Of a DNA stretch of 64,000 nucleotides, positions 52,023-64,000 are shown piece by piece. The stretch comes from an uncultured Pseudomonadota bacterium (lineage in GTDB: Bacteria; Pseudomonadota; Alphaproteobacteria; JACZXZ01), in assembly GCA_963749075.1 (NCBI GenBank), contig CAVVLJ010000020.1, positions 384,001 to 448,000 of the forward strand, in the 5' to 3' direction. The notes beneath the pieces were generated by a model that was not told where the DNA came from, did no database searches, and was given only the letters and a program-made list of their open reading frames with translations. Numbering within the stretch: position 1 is the first letter of the stretch; every line of letters begins with the position of its first letter. A program made the position numbers and the translations under genes.

Positions 52023-53073
52023 ATGGTCGGGACGGCCGAGACCGCGAACGTCGAGCTGCCCGGGGCGCGCATCGCCGGTCTGCTCTGCGTCCGCCTGGCG
52101 CCGGCTCGGCGCGCTCGCGGCGCTGGCGGCAGCACTCCTGTTGCCCTGGCTCATCAGCGACTTCCGCACCTTCCAGTTCACTCTCGCAATGATCTACGCG
52201 ATCGCCCTTCTCGGCCTCAATCTCTTGACCGGCTACAACGGCCAGATCTCGCTCGGCCACGGCGCCTTCTTCGCGATCGGCGGCTATACCGCGGCGATCC
52301 TCATCCACCGCTGGGGCGTGCCCTACTACCTGACGCTGCCGCCGGCGGGCCTGCTCGCGTTCGCGGTCGGCTTCCTCTTCGGGCTGCCGGCGCTGCGCCT
52401 CGAGGGGCTCTACCTCGCCCTCGTGACCCTCTCGCTGGCGGTCGCCGCGCCGCAGTTCCTCAAATACTTTGACGGTTGGAGCGGCGGCTCCCAGGGCATC
52501 CTCATCAGCAAGCCCGCGGCACCGGCCTGGTTCCCCGTGGGCAACGACCGCTGGCTCTACTATCTCGTGCTGGCGGCACTCGTCCTCGTCTTCTGGGTCG
52601 GGCGCAATCTCTTGCAGAGCCGCACCGGGCGCGCGCTGGTCGCCATCCGCGACCACCCGATCTCGGCGACCGCGATGGGCATCAACACCGCCTTCTACAA
52701 GACGACGGCGTTCGGCGTGAGCGCCGCCATGACGGGGATCGCAGGCGCGCTCGCCGCCATCGTCACGGCCTTCGTGGCGCCCGACAGCTTCAGCCCGTTC
52801 CTCTCGATCTCCTTCATCGTAGGCTCCGTGGTCGGCGGCATCGCGACCATCTCGGGTGCCGTCTTCGGCGGCATCTTCATCCAGTTCATCCCCAACATCG
52901 CGGGCGACATTTCCGACGCCGCACCCTGGGCGATCTACGGACTGTTCCTCATCGCCTTCATGTATTTGATGCCCAAGGGCATCGCCGGTACCCTCGCGGA
53001 GCTCATTGGACGGCTTGCCGCCGGGCGGGCGGCAGCCGAAGCCAAGCCGGTGACCGATCCGGCAAGATACTGA
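52023..53073 (+). CDS. Branched-chain ABC permease (LivM-like), apparent frameshift in 52060-52140
   Basis: GYNGQISLGHGAFF, LRLEGLYLA, GRALVAIRD; likely ATG at 52023 is out of frame with the body. Confidence 0.82.
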
Positions 53074-53104
53074 TCGAACGACGGCTCAACAAGGGAGGAT
53101 AGCC

Positions 53105-54329
53105 ATGACGCTCAAGAGACGAGACCTGATGATGGCGGCGTCAGTCGCGGCACTGGCGCTCGCGTGCGGCCCGGCCAAGGCCGAGAAGATGTACGGCCCC
53201 GGTGTCAGCGACACCGAGATCAAGATCGGCAACACCAATCCCTATAGCGGCCCGGCCTCCGCCTACGGCACGATCGGCAAATCGATCGCCGCTTATTTCG
53301 CACATGATCAACGACCAAGGCGGCATCAACGGGCGCAAGATCGACTTCATCTCGCTCGACGACGGCTACAGCCCGCCGAGGACGGTCGAGCAGACGCGCC
53401 GGCTCGTCGAGGAGGAAAAGGTGCTGCTCGATTTCCAGCCCCTCGGCACGCCCTGCAATACGGCGATCGAGCCCTACATGAACGAGAAGAAGGTGCCCCA
53501 GATCTTCGTCGCCACGGGGGCCACCAAGTGGAACGACCCCAAGCACTTCCCCTGGACCATGGGCTGGCAGCCCAACTACCAGATCGAGGGGCGCATCTAC
53601 GCCGCCTATATCCTGAAGAACATTCCCGACGCCAAGATCGCCATCCTCTACCAGAACGACGACTACGGGAAGGACTATGTCAAGGGGATGATGGATGGGC
53701 TCGGCGACAAGGCCGCAAAGATGGTGGTGGCGCAGAAGTCCTACGAGACCTCGGACCCGACCGTCGATTCCCAGATCGTGGCGCTCAAGGCAAGCGGCGC
53801 CAACGTCTTCTTCAACGTGACGACGCCCAAGTTCGCCTCCCAGGCGATCCGCAAGGCCTACGACATCGGCTGGAAGCAGACCGAGTTCCTCAACAACGTC
53901 TCGAACTCGGTGAGCGCCGTGTTGCAGCCGGCTGGACTCGACAAGTCGGTCGGCATCATCTCCTCCACCTACTACAGGGACCCGGTCGATCCGCAGTGGC
54001 AGAACACCCAGGCGTACAAGGACTGGCGGGCCTGGATGAACAAGTACCTGCCGAACGGCAACCTCGGCGATGCCTTCAACGTCTACGGCTATCTTGCGGC
54101 GCAGACGATGGTCCAGGTCCTCAAGCAGGCCGGCGACGATCTCACACGCGAGAACATCATGAAGCAGGCGGCCAGCATCAAGGACCTCGAGCTCCCCATG
54201 CTGCTGCCGGGCATCAAGATCTCGACCGGCCCGAACGACTTCGCGCCGATCAAGCAGATGCAGCTCATGAAGTTCGACGGCAAATCCTGGGAGCTCTTCG
54301 GCCCCGTGCTGTCTGCGGCGGGAAGCTGA
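53105..54329 (+). CDS. Branched-chain-type ABC substrate-binding protein, apparent frameshift near 53300
   Basis: Signal plus GPGVSDTEIKIG..YSGPASAYG in one frame, MINDQGGINGRKI onward in another. Confidence 0.85.
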
Positions 54330-54366
54330 GCCGGGAGCGGCGGCGGCGGAGCCGAGAGGAGAGCCT

Positions 54367-56466
<2,100 letters not shown>

Positions 56467-56553
56467 GCGGTCGGCTTCCATGATGCATTCCGGGCGCGGC
56501 CGCCATGCGCTATACAATCATGGGGAGAGCAAGCGGCGCGGTCCGGAGGCACC

Positions 56554-58633
56554 ATGGCGCGAAGGCCGAGGAAATCGACGGCGGCCGGCAAGCAGGCCGA
56601 GAGCTATCGGCATGTGACGGCGGAAAGTCCGTCGCGGCCGGATGTCGGCACGCAGCCGCAGTTCCGCAAGAAGAAGCCGCCGGCGACCTATCGCTATGAC
56701 TCCTCGCTGTCGCCAGCGCTCGATTGGGACGGGCAGAACCCGGCGGGCGAGCAGGCCGAGGCGGCGATCAGCGACATCCTGAATATCGACTCGGGTGCGC
56801 TCGACAAGGCTGCAACGCTGGGAGAGGCTCAGGCAGCAGCGCGCGCGGCGATCGTCGGGGCGAAGGACGCGGCGGCCAGGCTGCGGCGCCTCGGCCGGCC
56901 GTTCCTCAACTGGGCCGGCAAGGCGGAGCGGCTGTCCTTCGACGTGCCGACCCTGCCGCTCTTCGTCCATGAGCGGCTCTCCACGAAGGCCATCGTCGAG
57001 ACCCTACAATCGCACGAGAAGCGCGCCGCGCAGGCCGACATGTTCAGCCTCTTCGGCGATCCGCGACGCTCCATCGCCGACCAGGTGCTGCGCGCCTACG
57101 AGTACCGCGACCAATGGGTCAACCGGATGATCCTCGGCGATTCGCTCATCGTGATGAACAGCCTGCTCCATTACGAGGGCATGGGCGGGCAAGTGCAGAT
57201 GATCTATATCGACCCGCCCTACGGCGTTAAGTTCGGCTCCAACTTCCAGCCCTTCGTGCGCAAGCGGGATGTGTCCCACAACGACGACCAGGACATGACC
57301 CGCGAGCCCGAGATGGTGAAGGCGTACCGCGACACCTGGGAGCTCGGGCTGCACTCCTACCTTACCTATCTGCGCGATCGCCTGCTGCTGGCGCGCGATC
57401 TCTTGCACGCGTCCGGCAGCGTGTTCGTCCAGATCAGCGATGAGAACCTGCATCATGTGCGGGAGCTGACGCCGGTGGATCACCATCGATACTAGCCGGG
57501 TGCCATTGGCGCTGGCGCGGCAGCGGCTACTGACCGCCACCTTTCCCTATTACCGGCTCAAGGATGAGGGACGGGGGCCGGCCGATGGATTCGTCTACGT
57601 GCGCAGGCAGAACCGCAAGGGAGAGGAAGTCGGAGGCATCGTGCCACACGTCACGCTCAAAAGCATTGCTAACAACGAGTCACCTGATGAGGAAATTCTA
57701 GTCGATCGGCCGGAGGAAGACACCGGCATTGTTCGCATCACTGGCCCATTTTGCGTCGAGGCGACGATCCCTACACCCATCGATTGGGAGCGGGACGGTA
57801 CGGAAAACGACGATCGCGCCGACACGCAAGGCAACTTCCTCGACCGCATGTTGGAAGTGCTGCGCCGGTCGCCGGTGCTGCAATTGGGCGGCGGCAAGGT
57901 GGTGACGTTCAAGAACATCCGGCCGCCGGCGAAGTCGCTCTCGCTCTCGGCCGAGGCCGTGATCGAGAACAGGCAGGTGAAGTCCGTCGCGCTCGTCTTC
58001 GGGCCGGAGAATGGCGCCGTCAGCGAGACGCTCGTCTTCACGGCGGCACGCGAGGCGCACGCGAAGAATTTCACGCACCTCTACGTGATCGGCTTCGCGA
58101 TCCAGTCGAACGCGCGCGAATTGATCGAAACCTGCGAGAGTGCGATCGGTATTCCTGCAACCTATGTCCAGGCGACCCCAGACCTTGTGATGGGCGATCT
58201 GCTCAAGACCACGCGGGCGAGCCAGATCTTCAGCGTCTGCGGCTTGCCGGAAATCAGGCTACGCAGGACGGAACCCGCTGAGGCCGGCGGTCCGGCACGC
58301 TACCGGGTAGAACTGCTCGGGCTCGACGTGTTCGATCCGGTGGAGATGGACACGGAGCACCGCAAGGGCGACGACGTGCCCTGCTGGATGCTCGATGCCG
58401 ACTATAGCGGCTTGGTCTTCCACGGCAGCCAGGTGTTCTTCCCGCGCACGGCGGCCTGGGACAACCTCAAGAAGGCACTCAAGGCGACGCATGAGGAAAG
58501 CGTGTGGGACCATCTTGCCGGCACGACCAGCGGCCCGTTCGAGGCCGGGCAGTATGGGCAGGTCGCGGTGAAGGTGATCGACGACCGGGGGAACGAGCTG
58601 CTGGTGGTGAAGAAGCTGGGCGAGGCCAAGTGA
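56554..58633 (+). pseudogene. mod: Type III RM methyltransferase (mod) with internal deletion and frameshift at 57469/57470
   Basis: IYIDPPYG motif IV present; sequence jumps from HHVREL to RRWITIDTSRVPLALARQRLL in another frame; no SAM-binding motif I and no TRD. Confidence 0.82.
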
Positions 58634-59364
58634 TGAGACGGCGGCTGCCTGCCCTCTCCGATCTGCTGATCAGCATCCTGCTGTTTGGTGGCGGGGGTGC
58701 CGTACTGCTGTTCCACGTCCCACGATCGGAGGACGCTGTTGCAGCCTTGGTCGGAGCGCTCTTCGGCGCGGGTGCTCTGTTGCTGGGAAACTGGATCAAC
58801 CGATCCAATCAAGACCGCCAGGCGGAAACCGAGTTAAACGCTAAGCGCGAGCGGATGAAGGCTCTAATCGGCTCGGACCTGGTCAACGTGGCTGTAGGGT
58901 ACCATCAACTGTACAGCATGATGACGAATGGGCTCGGGCTGTTGAAGACCGGAAACACCGAGCCAAATGGTCAGCATCTGCGAGGTTATTCCCCGAGACA
59001 GATGCCCTTCACAGACGCCCTTGCGCAGGACATCCCACTCCTCTCTACAGACGAGGTAAGGGCGATTGCAGCACTGCGGTCTAATATGGCCGCTACGACG
59101 TGTGCCATAACCGAATTCACGGACGGGTTGCGCCCCTTGAAGCTCGATTCCGCTCGATAGCTCTGGTCGATGATTTGCCGTGACATGAAGTCCTTGGCAG
59201 AGACGTTCGAGCGCATTGCTCCCTCAGCCGTTCGGAATCAGGGCGAGAAGTGGTCGGAATTTTTGCGCTGCTTGGCCGCTGCTGACGAACCCGATCCGTA
59301 TCGGATATCCAGGTCGAGCAAACCCCCCCATATGCCTCCCGGATTTTATAAGGGTTCCCGATAG
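58633..59364 (+). pseudogene. Two-TM hypothetical protein interrupted by an in-frame TAG at 59158-59160
   Basis: TGATG-coupled to mod; ORFs ending at 59160 and 59364 share a frame separated by one stop. Confidence 0.55.
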
Positions 59365-59431
59365 TGGCTTAGCAGCGCGGGAACCCGACGCCCTGTGGCC
59401 GGATTTCCCCTTTCCGGGTGTGCCGAGCAAT

Positions 59432-59449
59432 GTTATATATTCGTATAAC
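59432..59449. promoter_or_regulatory. PemIK/Kis-Kid-type operator palindrome
   Basis: GTTATA-N6-TATAAC just upstream of the antitoxin. Confidence 0.7.
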
Positions 59450-59461
59450 TCGGAGTCGTTC

Positions 59462-59722
59462 ATGTCCTATATGGCGGTGCTGCGCAAGGTCGGTGGTTCG
59501 GTGATGCTGGCGATTCCGCCGGCGCTGCTCGAAACCATGTCGCTCGCGGCCGGGAAGCCGGTTGCCGTGTCGGTCGAAGGCGGCAGGCTCGTGGTCGAGC
59601 CCGCACGGCGGCAGCACTACACGCTCGACGAGCTGCTGGCGCGATGCGACGCCGAAGCTCCACGACCGGAGGAAGAGCGGGAATGGCTCGACGCTGCCGC
59701 GGCAGGCCGTGAACTCATCTGA
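59462..59722 (+). CDS. AbrB/MazE-family antitoxin (PemI-like)
   Basis: LRKVGGSVMLAIPP, YTLDELLARCD, EWLD..GRELI. Confidence 0.9.
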   Translation: MSYMAVLRKVGGSVMLAIPPALLETMSLAAGKPVAVSVEGGRLVVEPARRQHYTLDELLARCDAEAPRPEEEREWLDAAAAGRELI

Positions 59723-60054
59723 TGGAACGGGGCGACATCTATCTGGTGTCGCTCGATCCGGCGGAAGGGCATGAGCAACGCGGCAGGCGCCCGGTGCTCG
59801 TGATCTCGCCCGGCCCGTTCAACCGGCTGACCCGGGTTCCGGTCGTGCTGCCGATCACCACCGGGGGCAGCTTCGCGCGCATGGCGGGGTTCGCCGTACC
59901 GCTCGCCGGCGCCGGAACCGAGACGACCGGCATCATCCGTTGCGACCAGCCGCGCGCCCTCGATCTTCACGCCCGCGGCGGACGCAGGCTCGAAACCGTG
60001 CCGCCCGCCATCATCGATGATGTCCTGGCGCGGCTGGCAACGATCGTGGGATAG
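59722..60054 (+). CDS. PemK/MazF-family endoribonuclease toxin
   Basis: MERGDIYLVSLDP..GHEQRGRRPVLVIS, PITTGG, CDQPRALD. Confidence 0.92.
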   Translation: MERGDIYLVSLDPAEGHEQRGRRPVLVISPGPFNRLTRVPVVLPITTGGSFARMAGFAVPLAGAGTETTGIIRCDQPRALDLHARGGRRLETVPPAIIDDVLARLATIVG

Positions 60055-60090
60055 CAACACCGGATGCCGCCGCAAGAAGGCAGCGCTCGA

Positions 60091-63000
60091 GTGAGCAATT
60101 TCGAGGTCGCTGAGCCGATCCTCAACGCGCCATTCGCGGAGCCCGCCGCGCATTGGCTGATCGAGGAGGGCAAGGAGCCCGAGCGCAGGAGCGGCCGGCG
60201 CCGCGCCGGCTACTGGTATCGCGACCCCAAGGTGCGGGATGCCTCCGAGCACGAGGCCAAGGGCGAATGGCGCGAGCTGGCGCTCGTCAACCTGATCCGG
60301 GAGCGGATGAAGGAGTGGCGCGGGGTTGGCCGCCCTGGCCTCACGCGCACGACGCGAGAGCTGATCGACTATTGGAGCCGCGACGGGCGGGAGACGCGGC
60401 TGTTCTTCGCCCAGCTCGAGGCGGCGGAGACGATCGTCTTTCTCATCGAGGCGCGGGCCGATTTCCTCCAGGGGATTGCGGTGCCGTCGGACGAGCCGGG
60501 AGACGACCAGAAGGCGGAGGGCATTCGTGCCTTTCGCCGCCTCGCCTGCAAGATGGCGACGGGCTCCGGGAAGACGACTGTCATGGCGATGCTCGCGTCA
60601 TGGAGCATCCTCAACAAGGTCAACGACCGCGCGGACCGGCGGTTCTCGGACGTCGTGCTGGCGGTCTGCCCCAACGTAACCATCCGCAACCGCCTAGCCG
60701 AGCTCGATCCGAGGGCCGGCGAAGCGAGCCTCTACCGCACGCGCGACCTCGTGCCGGAACGGCTGATGCCGGATTTGACGCAGGGGCGCGTCCTCGTCAC
60801 CAACTGGCACATTTTCGAGCCGCAGGGGAGTGCTGTCGGCGGCACCGGCGCGCGCGTGGTGAAGACCGGGCGGCCCGTGCCGTTCGACGAAACCTTCCAG
60901 GTTGCGCGCAAAACCACCTCGTTCCGCGGCAGGCGCTACATCACGCCGGAAGCGCTCGCCGCCCGGATTGCGAGCGGCGAGCTTACCGTCGTCGATGAGA
61001 AGCGCGACGCGCAAGGCAATCTCGTCAGCGTCAAGGTGCGAGGCGTCCGCTACGTGGAAAGCGACACGGCGCTCGTGGAACGCGTGCTCCGCGAGGTGGG
61101 CGGCAAGCGCAATGTCCTGGTCTTCAACGATGAGGCCCATCATGCCTACCGCATCCGCCGCAACGAGGCGCAAGGCGACGACTCCTCGGAAGAGGACGAG
61201 AACGGCGACGCGGACGAGGAATTCGTTAAGAGCGCCACGGTCTGGGTCGACGGGCTGGACCGGATCAACAAGCTGCGCGGCATCAATTTCTGCGTCGATC
61301 TGTCGGCGACGCCCTATTTCATCGGCCGGGTCGGGCAGGCGACGAACAGCGTTTTTCCCTGGGTCGTCAGCGATTTCGGGCTAACCGACGCCATCGAATC
61401 GGGGCTGGTGAAGATCCCGCAACTTGCCGTGCGCGACACGACGGGTGCGGCCATCCCCGGCTATTTCAACATCTGGCACTGGATTCTGCCCAAGCTGACG
61501 GCGGCCGAGCGCGGCGGGCGCAAGGGCAATCCGAAACCCGAGGCGATCCTGAAATACGCCGACACGCCGATCGCCATGCTCGGCAGCCTGTGGGACGAGG
61601 AACGGCGGCGATGGGAGGTGGACCTTAAAGAGGAGCGTCCGCCCGTTTTCATCCTGGTCTGCAAGAACACCAAAATCGCCAAGGTACTGCATGAATGGCT
61701 GGCGGAGGGGAAGTCGCCGACCGGCATTCCGCCGGCGAAGATCGACGCCTTGCGCAACCGGCCGGATCGGCTGGTCACGATCCGAGTGGACACCAAGGTC
61801 GTCCACGAAAGCGACAGCGACCAGGCCAAGAGCGACGAGGTGATCTGGATGCGGCTGACCCTCGACACGGTCGGCAAGCTCGATTGGCCGCGCGACCGAC
61901 AGGGCCGGCCGCTGTACGCGGAGGGCTTCGGGGAGTTGGCGGGCAAGCTCGGCCGGCCGCTGCATCCACCGGGGCGGGACATTCGCTGCATCGTCAGCGT
62001 CGGGATGCTGACCGAGGGATGGGATTGCAACACGGTCACGCATATCGTGGGGCTGCGCCCGTTCATGTCGCAGCTTCTCTGCGAGCAGGTCGTCGGACGC
62101 GGACTCCGCCGGTCGAGCTACGAGGTTGGCGAGGACGGGCGCTTGACCGAGGAAGTCGCCAAGGTGTTCGGCGTCCCCTTCGAGGTCATTCCCTTCAAGG
62201 CGAACAAGGGCGCGGCGAAAGCGCCGCGGCCGAAGCGGCACCATATCCATGCGGTGCCGGAGAAGGACGCGTATGCCATTGCCTTCCCCCGCGTCGAGGG
62301 CTTTCGGCAGGCGGTTCGCAATCGCGTGACCGTCGATTGGCCGGCGCTGGCGCCGCTCGCGCTCGATCCCAAGCGGATTCCGCCCGAGGTTCAGATGAAG
62401 GGCGCACTACCGGCAAACCGAGGGCGACCATCTCTCAGCGGTCCCGGCGCGCTCGTCGATGTGAACCTCAATCCCTATCGCAAGGGGCGCCGCCTCCAAG
62501 AGCTGGCATTCGAGATGGCCCGCGACCTGACGCGGGACTTCGGCAGCCGGAGCGAAGGCGCAGCACCGGCGCATGTCCTCTTTCCCCAACTCGCCGCGAT
62601 TGTCGCGCGCTATCTGCGGGAGAAGATCGTACCCGAGGCCCCGGCCGAGCGGATCGATGCGTTTCTCTCACCCTATTACGGATGGGTGATCGAACGGCTG
62701 GTCGAAGCGATCCGGCCCGATACCGCGCAGGGCGAGTCCCCGGAGCTGCCGGTCTTCGAGCGGAACCGAGGCGACGGCTCGACGGGGGAAGTCAATTTTT
62801 GGACCAGCCGCGACGTGCGCGATGTGGTGCGCTGCCATCTCAACTACGTGGTCGCCGATACGAAGCAATGGGAGCAGTCGGCGGCCTACCTCATCGACAC
62901 CCATCCCGCGGTGGACGCCTTCGTCAAGAACGCCGGCCTGGGTTTCGCCATCCCATACCTCCACAACGGCCAGCAGCACGACTATGAGCCGGACTTTCTC

Positions 63001-63204
63001 GTGCGCTTGAAGGGCGACAGGCCGCGTCATCTGATCCTTGAAACCAAAGGGTACGACGACCTCGCGGAGGTGAAGCGCCAAGCCGCTGATCGTTGGGTTG
63101 GCGCGGTGAATGCGGAGCGTACGTATGGGAGATGGCGGTTCGCGATGGTACGGAAGGTTGGAGACGTGCTCGCCGCCTTGAACGCGGCTGCGAGCGAGTC
63201 GTGA
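60091..63204 (+). CDS. res: Type III restriction enzyme Res subunit (helicase-like ATPase plus nuclease)
   Basis: KMATGSGKT, NDEAHH, LSATP, MLTEGWD, EQVVGRGLR, C-terminal PDF..LETKG; start 60064 or 60091. Confidence 0.88.
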   Translation: MSNFEVAEPILNAPFAEPAAHWLIEEGKEPERRSGRRRAGYWYRDPKVRDASEHEAKGEWRELALVNLIRERMKEWRGVGRPGLTRTTRELIDYWSRDGRETRLFFAQLEAAETIVFLIEARADFLQGIAVPSDEPGDDQKAEGIRAFRRLACKMATGSGKTTVMAMLASWSILNKVNDRADRRFSDVVLAVCPNVTIRNRLAELDPRAGEASLYRTRDLVPERLMPDLTQGRVLVTNWHIFEPQGSAVGGTGARVVKTGRPVPFDETFQVARKTTSFRGRRYITPEALAARIASGELTVVDEKRDAQGNLVSVKVRGVRYVESDTALVERVLREVGGKRNVLVFNDEAHHAYRIRRNEAQGDDSSEEDENGDADEEFVKSATVWVDGLDRINKLRGINFCVDLSATPYFIGRVGQATNSVFPWVVSDFGLTDAIESGLVKIPQLAVRDTTGAAIPGYFNIWHWILPKLTAAERGGRKGNPKPEAILKYADTPIAMLGSLWDEERRRWEVDLKEERPPVFILVCKNTKIAKVLHEWLAEGKSPTGIPPAKIDALRNRPDRLVTIRVDTKVVHESDSDQAKSDEVIWMRLTLDTVGKLDWPRDRQGRPLYAEGFGELAGKLGRPLHPPGRDIRCIVSVGMLTEGWDCNTVTHIVGLRPFMSQLLCEQVVGRGLRRSSYEVGEDGRLTEEVAKVFGVPFEVIPFKANKGAAKAPRPKRHHIHAVPEKDAYAIAFPRVEGFRQAVRNRVTVDWPALAPLALDPKRIPPEVQMKGALPANRGRPSLSGPGALVDVNLNPYRKGRRLQELAFEMARDLTRDFGSRSEGAAPAHVLFPQLAAIVARYLREKIVPEAPAERIDAFLSPYYGWVIERLVEAIRPDTAQGESPELPVFERNRGDGSTGEVNFWTSRDVRDVVRCHLNYVVADTKQWEQSAAYLIDTHPAVDAFVKNAGLGFAIPYLHNGQQHDYEPDFLVRLKGDRPRHLILETKGYDDLAEVKRQAADRWVGAVNAERTYGRWRFAMVRKVGDVLAALNAAASES

Positions 63205-63281
63205 GGCGAGCCCAGGTGGGGAAGGGGTTCGGGGATGGCTGAGTGGCGATGTATGCGCAGCCCGAATTCGATGGTAAATAA

Positions 63282-63408
63282 TCCCTCACCCTTCCCGTTG
63301 CTGCGCAACGGGCCCCTTCCCTCTCCCGCAAGCGGGCGAGGGGATTAAGCCCTCTCCCGCAAGCGGGAGAGGGAGGGGCCCGTCCCGAAGGGACGGGAGG
63401 GTGAGGGA
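63282..63408. repeat. Intergenic palindromic REP/RIME-like element, family B
   Basis: TCCCTCACCC...GGGTGAGGGA ends, two CCCTCTCCCGCAAGCGGG hairpins. Confidence 0.82.
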
Positions 63409-63440
63409 CAGCGCGGTCCATTCCCCGAGGAGAGTGTCCC

Positions 63441-64000
63441 ATGCGCGAAGCCGTCATCGTCTCGACCGCCCGCACGCCGATCGGCAAGGCCTACCGCGGC
63501 GCCTTCAATCTGACCCATGGTGCGACGCTCGCCGGCCACGCAATCCGCCACGCGGTCGAGCGCGCCAGGCTCGAGCCGGGCGAGGTCGAGGACTGCATCA
63601 TGGGCTGCGCCTTGCCGGAAGGGGCGACCGGCGGCAACATCGCGCGCCAGGCGGCGATCCGCGCCGGGCTGCCGGTCACCACGGGCGGCGTCACCGTCAA
63701 CCGCTTCTGCAGCTCCGGCATGCAGGCGATCGCCATCGCGGCGGGCCGCGTCGTCATGGAAGAGGTGCCGGCCGCGGTCGCGGGCGGGCTCGAATCGATC
63801 TCGCTCGTGCAGACCGAGCACCAGAACAAGCACCACTACAACGACGAGTGGATCATGGCGCACAAGCCCGAGATCTACCTCGCCATGATCGAGACCGCCG
63901 ACATCGTGGCGAGGCGCTACCAGGTGAGCCGCGAGCGCCAGGACGAGTTCGCGCTTTCGAGCCAGCTGCGCTGCGCCGCGGCCCAGCAGGCCGGCCGCTT
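63441..64000 (+). CDS. Acetyl-CoA C-acyltransferase (thiolase, FadA/PimB-like), 3' truncated by window edge
   Basis: Translated by eye: MREAVIVSTARTPIGKAYRGAF, NIARQAA, TVNRFCSSG. Confidence 0.92.
   Translation, partial: MREAVIVSTARTPIGKAYRGAFNLTHGATLAGHAIRHAVERARLEPGEVEDCIMGCALPEGATGGNIARQAAIRAGLPVTTGGVTVNRFCSSGMQAIAIAAGRVVMEEVPAAVAGGLESISLVQTEHQNKHHYNDEWIMAHKPEIYLAMIETADIVARRYQVSRERQDEFALSSQLRCAAAQQAGR

Noticed and set aside
57490-57500. Programmed frameshift or phase-variable repeat in mod
   Set aside because: No simple-sequence repeat or slippery site; restoring the frame would still leave motif I and the TRD missing
59158-59160. Pyrrolysine or recoded amber codon
   Set aside because: No pyl genes in view and TAG serves as a normal stop for many genes here; nonsense mutation or base error is simpler

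Overview
High-GC window from what looks like an alphaproteobacterial chromosome (Rhodospirillales-like; inferred from gene content and repeat families). Most of it is transport and catabolism: two branched-chain ABC operons, a TRAP system, a polar amino-acid ABC system, a 3-sulfinopropanoyl-CoA desulfinase-like gene, ornithine decarboxylase, hutG, hpaH, tam and a pim/fad-like beta-oxidation cluster. Four parts stand out. (1) About 14.9-26.8 kb: a TPR/beta-barrel outer-membrane protein, three glycosyltransferases, a sigma-54-driven 1119-aa FecR-domain protein with about 600 residues of proline-free Gly-X-Y (Ser/His-rich) repeats, and a CHASE2 adenylate cyclase. This is a candidate glycosylated surface-fibre/signalling system. 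(2) nikR with a near-canonical NikR operator in front of a PotD-family ABC operon that lacks an ATPase, followed by a cobalamin-riboswitch btuB operon with two uncharacterised genes. (3) A type III restriction-modification island bounded by a 14-bp duplication of the 3' end of the fadB/pimF-like gene. Its mod gene has lost the central region, and it carries a PemIK toxin-antitoxin pair and a stop-interrupted membrane protein. (4) An AT-rich DUF5678-like/retropepsin gene pair. Five probable single-base frameshifts suggest long-read consensus errors. No rRNA, tRNA, CRISPR array, integrase or transposase was recognised. All family assignments are from recalled motifs, not database searches.
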